Source: an uncultured Eubacteriales bacterium
GTDB taxonomy: Bacteria; Bacillota; Clostridia; Oscillospirales; Acutalibacteraceae
Assembly: GCA_964370775.1 (NCBI GenBank)
Contig: CAYJKT010000001.1
Span: 89,542 to 153,541, forward strand
DNA: 64,000 nt
Reading direction: 5' to 3'
The notes under the pieces were generated by a model. It was not told where the DNA came from, did not search any database, and saw nothing but the letters and a program-made list of their open reading frames with translations. Shown piece after piece: positions 58,170 to 64,000 of the stretch. Both the position numbers and the translations under genes were made by a program. Positions within the stretch are counted from its first letter, which is position 1, and each line of letters begins with the position of its first letter.

Positions 58170-58187
58170 AGATAACCATCCTTTCAT

Positions 58188-58216
58188 AGAAACAGTATAT
58201 ACATAGTATATACTGT
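58188..58216 (-). promoter_or_regulatory. 13-bp perfect inverted repeat AAACAGTATATAC-ata-GTATATACTGTTT just upstream of mazE (candidate MazE/MazEF operator)
   Basis: Located 19-47 nt upstream of mazE ATG. Confidence 0.5.
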
Positions 58217-58316
58217 TTTCTTATAAAATGCAACTTAAATTGAAGAAATACAAAAATTTTACAACTCCAATACTTATATGAAGAAAAAAGAAAGTAAAGA
58301 TAACTAGCAGACAAAA

Positions 58317-58358
58317 CCTCCAAGTCGGTTGAAAAATGCACCGATTTGGAGGTTTTTA
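58317..58358. terminator. bidirectional terminator (cctccaagtcggt-N10-accgatttggagg, T-tracts)
   Basis: 13-bp stem with one mismatch directly 3' of ABC exporter gene stop. Confidence 0.6.
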
Positions 58359-58363
58359 TTGAA

Positions 58364-60181
58364 TTATGAATTTATCTCTTCGTAGATTTTAGATGTAGCT
58401 TCGCTCTCGAACTGCTTTTTATAAAGTTCTGAGTAATAACCCTTGCTTTTTAGAAGCTCTTGATGAGTTCCACGCTCTATTATCTTACCATTTTTAACAA
58501 CTAAAATAATATCAGCTTTTCTAATAGTAGACAATCTGTGTGCTATCAAGAAAGATGTTCTGCTTCCAAGCAAAGTGTCAATCGCTTCTTGAATAAGTTC
58601 CTCTGTTTTTGTGTCTATAGAAGCAGTTGCCTCGTCCAAAACGAATATTTTAGGGTTAGCAAGAACTGCTCTCGCAAAGGAAATCAACTGTTTTTCACCT
58701 GTTGAAAGCTGGTCGCCACCCTCGCCAACATAACTTTTGTATCCGTCTTTCATTCTCATAATGCTGTCATGTGCACTAACAATTTTAGCAGCTTCAATAA
58801 CTTCATCATCAGTCGCATTCAGCCTACCATAACGAATGTTATCCATAATTGAGCCAGAGAACAAATGAGGCGTTTGCAAAACGTAACCTATATTGCTGTG
58901 AAGCCACAAAGTGCTTCTCTCTTTGTAATCTTTGCCGTCAATCAGCACTCTACCTCCTGTAGGCTCAAAAAATCTGCACGCAAGGTTAACAAGTGTAGAT
59001 TTACCAGCGCCAGTTTCACCAACAATAGCGACAGTAGTACCAGCTGGTACGTCAAGGTTAAAGTTTTCAAGCACATTTTCAGTTCCGTCAGAGTACATAA
59101 AGGTTACGTCGTCAAACTTAATGTCACCTTTAAGCTCTTCCCAATTTTCTGTTTTAGGGTCAAAACATGTGCCGTACTTCGCTGTAACTTCCTCACTGTC
59201 TTTAATTTGAGGCTCTAAGTCAAGCAAAGCATTACAACGCTCCACATTAACTTGTGTTGCAACAAAGTTGGAAAGCGTGTTTGCAAGCTGTTGAACAGGT
59301 CCTGCAATAACAAGTGCGTAGTTAACAAATGCTGTAAGTTTCCAAAGTTCAATATCTCCTAAAATAACTCTGCTACCACCTGAATTAATTATTATAGCAA
59401 CAGCTAGAGAAGTAAAAGTAGCGATAATTGGAATGTAAAAAGCGTTTAGCTTAACTGCGTGTATCGATTTGCGACGCATTTCTCCACTAACATTTTTGAA
59501 GTTACCAAGATTTTTGTCCTCTATAACTAGGGTTTTAGATGTCTTAGCACCAGAAATTCCCTCGTTAAAATGCCTTGTAATCTCTGCGTTGACAGCTCTT
59601 ACGTCTCGGTTAACAACAATAATCTTCTTTTGGAATAAATAAGTGATAACCGCTATAAAAGGTATGATTGCAATGATTAATAAAGCAAGTTGAATGTCGA
59701 TTAAACACATAGCTATAATATAACCGATTATAGAAGCAGAAGACCATGCGATGTCTACAATAGCCCAAGCAACCATCTCGCCAATTCTCATGGTGTCGCT
59801 CATAACTCTAGCGACAATAACACCAACAGGAGTGGTGTTGTAGTAGTCAAATCCTAGTGTTTGCAAGTGGTTAAACATAGTTTTACGTAAGTCTCCACCA
59901 ACTCGCATCTCAACAGCAATGGCATTTTTAGCCATTATATAAGTGTTAAAACTTTGAATAAGCATAGCGCCTATTCCCACCAAAGCAAAAAGTAAAAGTC
60001 CGTCAGTTGTGCCTGGTTCAATAAAAGTATCAACCGCAAAGGCACTAAACAGTGGAATAAAAACATCAATAGCAGATGACATAAGCATACATATAACAAG
60101 TACGATTATTTTTGACTTATGCTTTTTTATTAGAGGGAAAATTTTAGACCATGCCATAACAAATTTTGGTTTGTTTTTCAT
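58364..60181 (-). CDS. ABC transporter ATP-binding/permease protein (type I exporter half-transporter, partner 2)
   Basis: 6 TM + NBD; Walker A GETGAGKST, signature LSTGEKQLISFARA, Walker B FVLDEATASID; start MKNKPKF after GGAGGT. Confidence 0.85.
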   Translation of the reverse strand: MKNKPKFVMAWSKIFPLIKKHKSKIIVLVICMLMSSAIDVFIPLFSAFAVDTFIEPGTTDGLLLFALVGIGAMLIQSFNTYIMAKNAIAVEMRVGGDLRKTMFNHLQTLGFDYYNTTPVGVIVARVMSDTMRIGEMVAWAIVDIAWSSASIIGYIIAMCLIDIQLALLIIAIIPFIAVITYLFQKKIIVVNRDVRAVNAEITRHFNEGISGAKTSKTLVIEDKNLGNFKNVSGEMRRKSIHAVKLNAFYIPIIATFTSLAVAIIINSGGSRVILGDIELWKLTAFVNYALVIAGPVQQLANTLSNFVATQVNVERCNALLDLEPQIKDSEEVTAKYGTCFDPKTENWEELKGDIKFDDVTFMYSDGTENVLENFNLDVPAGTTVAIVGETGAGKSTLVNLACRFFEPTGGRVLIDGKDYKERSTLWLHSNIGYVLQTPHLFSGSIMDNIRYGRLNATDDEVIEAAKIVSAHDSIMRMKDGYKSYVGEGGDQLSTGEKQLISFARAVLANPKIFVLDEATASIDTKTEELIQEAIDTLLGSRTSFLIAHRLSTIRKADIILVVKNGKIIERGTHQELLKSKGYYSELYKKQFESEATSKIYEEINS

Positions 60182-60191
60182 GTTACCTCCA

Positions 60192-61988
60192 TTACACATC
60201 TTTAGAACGCTGACTGTCATATATCATTTTATATATACCGTCAGTTTTAATAAGTTCACTATGTGTTCCTTGCTGTGCGATTTTACCTTTATCCATAACA
60301 ATGATTTTATCAGCATTCATTATAGTTGTAATTCTGTGCGCAATTATGATAGTTGTACCTTTAACATGATTGTTAATTGCATCACGAATTTTAGCATCGG
60401 TTTCCATATCGACAGCAGATAGTGAGTCGTCGAATATTTTGATAGGTGAATTTTGCATTAACATTCTAGCGATTGCAACACGTTGCTTTTGACCACCAGA
60501 TATTGTAACGCCACGTTCACCAATTTGGGTGTCGTAACCCTCTGCAAAGTTCACAATTGTATCATCTATAACTGCGATTTTTGCATACTTACGAACATCT
60601 TCAAGCTGAACGGTTCTTGCAGTGTCGCCAATGTTGTGCATAAAGCTTTTAGAGAACAAGAATGGTTCTTGCAAAACAATACCAATATTTTTACGCAAGT
60701 CGTCAAGGCTTAAATCTCTAATGTCAGTGCCTCCGATAGTGATACTACCATTTTCTCTAGGCAATTCATAAAGTCTGTCTAACAGATACATAAGTGTTGT
60801 TTTACCACTGCCAGTTGCACCTAAAATTCCAAGAGTAGTTCCACCTTTAACAGTGAAGTTAATATCTGTCAAAGTCTCTCTTGTTTCAGTGTAACTAAAG
60901 TTAACGTTTTTAAATTCAATATCGCCGTTCATATTAGTTTTAACAGGCTTTTCACAGTCTTTTTCAGTCTCTGCATTTAAAATCTCAAATATTCTAGTTG
61001 AGCTTATTGAGGTTTTACTAAGCTCTGCAATAACTCTACCAAGTTGCCTAACAGGCCAAATTAACATAAAGTTATATGACACAAACGCCAAAAATTCACC
61101 AAGGGTAATAGTGCCATTAACAGCTAAAATAGTACCCACGGATATAATAAGTATAATTTGAAGCGAACCGATTAAATCGCCTACACCCCAGTTTAAACCC
61201 AAAACTTTGCCTTGTTTTTCCCAAAGTTTGATGTACTCAGCATTAGTTTTTTCGAACTTGTCACGTTCGTAACGCTCTCTGCCGAATGCTCTAACAACTC
61301 TAACTCCAGTGAAGTTTTCTTGAGCAACAGATGTCAAAGCGCCCTCGGTTTCGTCTATAGTTAAATAAGCTTTTGCAACAATTTTGTAAAATAATAGATT
61401 AACTGCTAATGACACAGGTATAAACGCAAAAGCAATTAAAGAAAGAGTCGTGTTCATTGGGAACATAAGTGCTAAAGCAATTACAATTAAAGACACAGTT
61501 TTAAGTAATGCTTGCATTTGGTCGTTCATAAAAGCCTTGATAGCTTCTACGTCCATTGTACAACGTTGAATTATATCACCTGTTTGGTGATTAGTGTGCC
61601 AGTTGTATGGCAGTTTTTGGATATGCCCAAAAAGTCTGTTGCGTATTCTTCTAATCGTTCCCTCACAAGATACTGCGAGAAAGTACCTTGATGTGAAGTC
61701 GGACACTGCCGACAGCAACGCTAGGGATAAAGAAGCGATAGCACAGATAAATAGATTTTGCCTTATAAATTCTCGTCCACCAAAGTTTTCGATAATCTCC
61801 ACAATAAAATTAGGCAGTGCAAATGGCTCTGACCCTATAACAGAGTCAACAGTTACACGTATTACTTGAGGAGTTAGATAACTTAGTAGGACAGATAAAA
61901 TTACGGCAGAAAAGGATATTATAAATGTCGCCCTAAAACCTTTAGTCATAGGGAAAAAATCTATAATCGTAAATTTTGTTTTTTTCAT
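60192..61988 (-). CDS. ABC transporter ATP-binding/permease protein (type I exporter half-transporter, partner 1)
   Basis: Walker A GATGSGKTT, signature ISGGQKQRVAIARM, Walker B IFDDSLSAVD; 10 nt upstream of partner gene. Confidence 0.85.
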   Translation of the reverse strand: MKKTKFTIIDFFPMTKGFRATFIISFSAVILSVLLSYLTPQVIRVTVDSVIGSEPFALPNFIVEIIENFGGREFIRQNLFICAIASLSLALLSAVSDFTSRYFLAVSCEGTIRRIRNRLFGHIQKLPYNWHTNHQTGDIIQRCTMDVEAIKAFMNDQMQALLKTVSLIVIALALMFPMNTTLSLIAFAFIPVSLAVNLLFYKIVAKAYLTIDETEGALTSVAQENFTGVRVVRAFGRERYERDKFEKTNAEYIKLWEKQGKVLGLNWGVGDLIGSLQIILIISVGTILAVNGTITLGEFLAFVSYNFMLIWPVRQLGRVIAELSKTSISSTRIFEILNAETEKDCEKPVKTNMNGDIEFKNVNFSYTETRETLTDINFTVKGGTTLGILGATGSGKTTLMYLLDRLYELPRENGSITIGGTDIRDLSLDDLRKNIGIVLQEPFLFSKSFMHNIGDTARTVQLEDVRKYAKIAVIDDTIVNFAEGYDTQIGERGVTISGGQKQRVAIARMLMQNSPIKIFDDSLSAVDMETDAKIRDAINNHVKGTTIIIAHRITTIMNADKIIVMDKGKIAQQGTHSELIKTDGIYKMIYDSQRSKDV

Positions 61989-62158
61989 ATTTCCTCCCAT
62001 TTTTTCTTTGCATAAACCAACCTAATTCATTATTGCATTAACGAAGAAAAAAGTCAATCATTATATAGATATTTAATATTTTTTTATTAATCTCTTGTGT
62101 TTTTATTAATAATTGTTTATACTGATATAAAGTAGTTAAATTAGAAAGTAGGTTAGAT

Positions 62159-62863
62159 ATGGAAAATATAAGAAAATTATCTAAAATAGAGCGTACTCGT
62201 ATATGGTATGCTAATAGAGTTAAACTTAAACTGCCTAAATATAGTTTAGGCGAAGAAATATTTTCAGCAGTTGTACATGGAGTATCAGCACTTTTTGCAG
62301 TAACAGCACTGGTTTTATTGCTAGTGTTTTGTAATAAAGACTGGGTAACTGTTAGCACAGTGTCTGTTTTTGGTGGAACTATGATAATATTATACACAGT
62401 TTCTACCCTTTACCACGCACTTAATGTTAACAAAGCAAAAAAAGTTTTTCAAATACTCGACCACAACTCAATATTTTTGTTGATAGCCGGAACTTACACA
62501 CCTATCACAGGGCTTGCAATTGGTGGCACAAAAGGTTTAGTTATTCTTTGTGTTATTTGGGCATCGGCTACTTTAGGGATAGTGCTTAACAGCATAGACA
62601 TGAAAAAGTTCTCTAAATTCTCTATGATATGCTATGTTGCAATGGGTTGGGGAATTGTTTTTGTTATGAAAGACTTTATTGCAAACACAAACTTTTTAGC
62701 AGTCTTATTCTTAATGTTAGGTGGCGTTTGCTATACAGGTGGTTTAGCGTTCTATAAAGCTGGCAAAAAAATTGCATATATGCACTCTATATGGCACTTC
62801 TTTGTGTTGGGAGGCAGTGTGTTCCACACTTTATCAATAGCTCAGTTTACAGTATTTTTATAA
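62159..62863 (+). CDS. hemolysin III family channel protein (PAQR/YqfA-like)
   Basis: 234 aa 7-TM; EEIFSAVVHGVSALFA...YHALN...HNSIFLLIAGTYTP...HSIWHFFVLGGSVFH. Confidence 0.8.
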   Translation: MENIRKLSKIERTRIWYANRVKLKLPKYSLGEEIFSAVVHGVSALFAVTALVLLLVFCNKDWVTVSTVSVFGGTMIILYTVSTLYHALNVNKAKKVFQILDHNSIFLLIAGTYTPITGLAIGGTKGLVILCVIWASATLGIVLNSIDMKKFSKFSMICYVAMGWGIVFVMKDFIANTNFLAVLFLMLGGVCYTGGLAFYKAGKKIAYMHSIWHFFVLGGSVFHTLSIAQFTVFL

Positions 62864-62881
62864 TTAAACATAAAAACCTTT

Positions 62882-62913
62882 GTCCTTAACTATATATAGT
62901 TAAGGACTTTTTT
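62882..62913 (+). terminator. rho-independent terminator (gtccttaactatat-atagttaaggac + TTTTTT)
   Basis: Perfect stem then T6. Confidence 0.7.
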
Positions 62914-62927
62914 ATGGGGTATTATTT

Positions 62928-64000
62928 ATGTATATAATTAAAGAGATACTTTGGGGATACCATGTACTTGTGCTGATTTTTTTAATAGGTGTTAAAATTA
63001 GCATAGATACAAGATTTTTTCAAGTGAGACGTTTTTTTTCTTGGTTAAAATTTTCTGTTAATGGAGATAAATCAGAGGGTGGTATATCAGCTTTTCAAGC
63101 ACTTTCTACAGCACTTGCTGGGTCTATCGGTGCTGGTAATATTGTTGGAGTTGGACTCGCAATTAGCGTAGGTGGCGCTGGTTCGATTTTTTGGATGTGG
63201 TTAACATCAATTTTTAGCATGATGACTGTTTTTGCAGAAGTTGTACTTGCGACTGTATATAAAAAAGAGGGTAAACCTGGGGCGATAGCGTATATCTCTA
63301 GGATTGGCAAAGGGAAAGTACTTCCATTTATTTATGGAATTGGTTTGGTGTGTTCGTCACTCGCTATGGGTAACATGGCACAATCAAACGCTTTTGCTGT
63401 GTCTGCTAATAATTTAGGCATACCGATGTGGGTATCAGGTATAGCATTAGCTGTGTCGCTGGTTTTTATATCAAAAGGTGGAATAAGCTGTGCTGTGAAA
63501 TTCACGGAAAAACTAGTGCCGGTGATGACAGTATTCTTTATGGTTTTTAGCATTAGCTTACTGACTATCAACAGGCAAAACATACCATTAGTTTTTAACG
63601 AGATAATGGAGGGTGCGTTTTCTGTTAAAGCCGGTCTTGGTGGTGGAATGTATATTGCTGTGAAAACAGGAATATCAAGAGCAGTGTTTACAAACGAAGC
63701 TGGACTTGGCATATCCTCGATAGCTTTTGCGAATGTGAAAAAAACAAGTGCTATAAAACTTGGCTATCTTGGTATTTTTCAAGTGTTTATGGATACAACA
63801 GTTATGTGCACTATAACGGCATTTTGCATTTTGTGTGCAACTGATTTAAGACAAGGTGACGCTCTTGCGTTTATTGCATTTGAGAATACCTATGGAGATT
63901 TAGGTTTGATATTCATAAACATTTGCACGATGCTTTTTGCATTTGCTACCCTAACTGCAACTTCATATTATGGCAAAGAGGGATTGAGGTATTTATCTAA
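62928..64000 (+). CDS. sodium:alanine (amino acid:cation) symporter family protein, 3' end beyond window
   Basis: Open frame to window end: ...SAFQALSTALAGSIGAGNIVGVGLAISVGGAGSIFWMWLTSIF... AGCS signature; not in ORF track because no stop within window. Confidence 0.8.
   Translation, partial: MYIIKEILWGYHVLVLIFLIGVKISIDTRFFQVRRFFSWLKFSVNGDKSEGGISAFQALSTALAGSIGAGNIVGVGLAISVGGAGSIFWMWLTSIFSMMTVFAEVVLATVYKKEGKPGAIAYISRIGKGKVLPFIYGIGLVCSSLAMGNMAQSNAFAVSANNLGIPMWVSGIALAVSLVFISKGGISCAVKFTEKLVPVMTVFFMVFSISLLTINRQNIPLVFNEIMEGAFSVKAGLGGGMYIAVKTGISRAVFTNEAGLGISSIAFANVKKTSAIKLGYLGIFQVFMDTTVMCTITAFCILCATDLRQGDALAFIAFENTYGDLGLIFINICTMLFAFATLTATSYYGKEGLRYLS

Noticed and set aside
62038-62397. 119-aa minus-strand ORF overlapping the hemolysin-III gene start
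   Set aside because: Overlaps the divergent promoter region and 5' part of the well-supported hlyIII-family ORF; low-complexity translation, no RBS.
62864-62927. Glycine riboswitch upstream of the alanine/glycine:cation symporter gene
   Set aside because: Only 64 bp of intergenic sequence, occupied by the hlyIII terminator; no room for a tandem glycine aptamer.
1-64000. Transposases, integrases, tRNA genes, rRNA genes or CRISPR arrays flanking the accessory blocks
   Set aside because: No ORF with DDE/tyrosine-recombinase/serine-recombinase motifs and no tRNA-like cloverleaf candidate was found in any intergenic region >60 bp; accessory genes appear to be small insertions without recognisable mobility genes.

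Overview
This is an AT-rich (roughly one-third GC by eye) chromosomal segment from a Firmicutes/Clostridia-like organism. All calls rest on reading the ORF translations and the DNA directly; no searches were run.

Layout, left to right:
- 1-9.1 kb: a glycan-utilisation locus. It holds three tandem, diverged paralogs of a ~570-aa LplA/YtcQ-type sugar-binding lipoprotein (the first is truncated by the window edge). These are followed by a leaderless (cytoplasmic) GH2 glycosidase, a leaderless Cys-type sulfatase with a C-x-A-x-R active-site motif and a ~200-aa C-terminal extension, and an L-fucose mutarotase (FucU).
- 9.3-38.5 kb: a mosaic accessory region.
  - 9.3-12.3 kb: a five-gene minus-strand operon encoding a membrane-anchored XRE regulator, a 4-TM protein, an FtsX-type permease, an ABC ATPase and a 60-aa micro-membrane protein.
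  - 12.5-14.7 kb: a Cache-GGDEF(degenerate)-EAL c-di-GMP protein whose RBS sits inside a terminator-like hairpin.
  - 14.9-20.1 kb: an S1-domain protein, a cyclophilin lipoprotein, RmuC carrying an internal 219-bp tandem duplication, and a coupled DUF2156+GNAT pair.
  - 20.1-23.3 kb: a putative D-amino-acid catabolic operon encoding a DSD1-like PLP enzyme, a D-aminoacylase-like amidohydrolase and RidA.
  - 23.4-25.8 kb: a stand-alone 819-aa NACHT (STAND) NTPase with an unknown N-terminal domain and C-terminal pentapeptide repeats, a candidate NLR-like antiphage/defence gene.
  - 25.9-30.5 kb: an operon of ABC ATPase, ABC-2 permease and a 7xPASTA membrane protein.
  - 30.7-33.9 kb: NfeD-flotillin plus an HTH gene.
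  - 34.1-38.0 kb: a MATE exporter and a Na+/H+ antiporter. These are separated by an acyltransferase-3 cassette that carries its own consensus promoter and terminator and is flanked by perfect 27-bp direct repeats.
- 39.3-56.1 kb: core genes pyrH-frr-uppS-cdsA-dxr-rseP-ispG-polC, then a his operon hisZ-G-D-C-B-(hisA::hisI fusion)-hisE with no hisH or hisF.
- 56.1-64 kb: an orphan CopG/RHH gene absent from the ORF track, a mazEF toxin-antitoxin pair with an operator palindrome, a heterodimeric ABC exporter pair, a hemolysin-III family protein, and the start of an alanine:cation symporter.

No tRNA, rRNA, CRISPR array, transposase or integrase was recognised.
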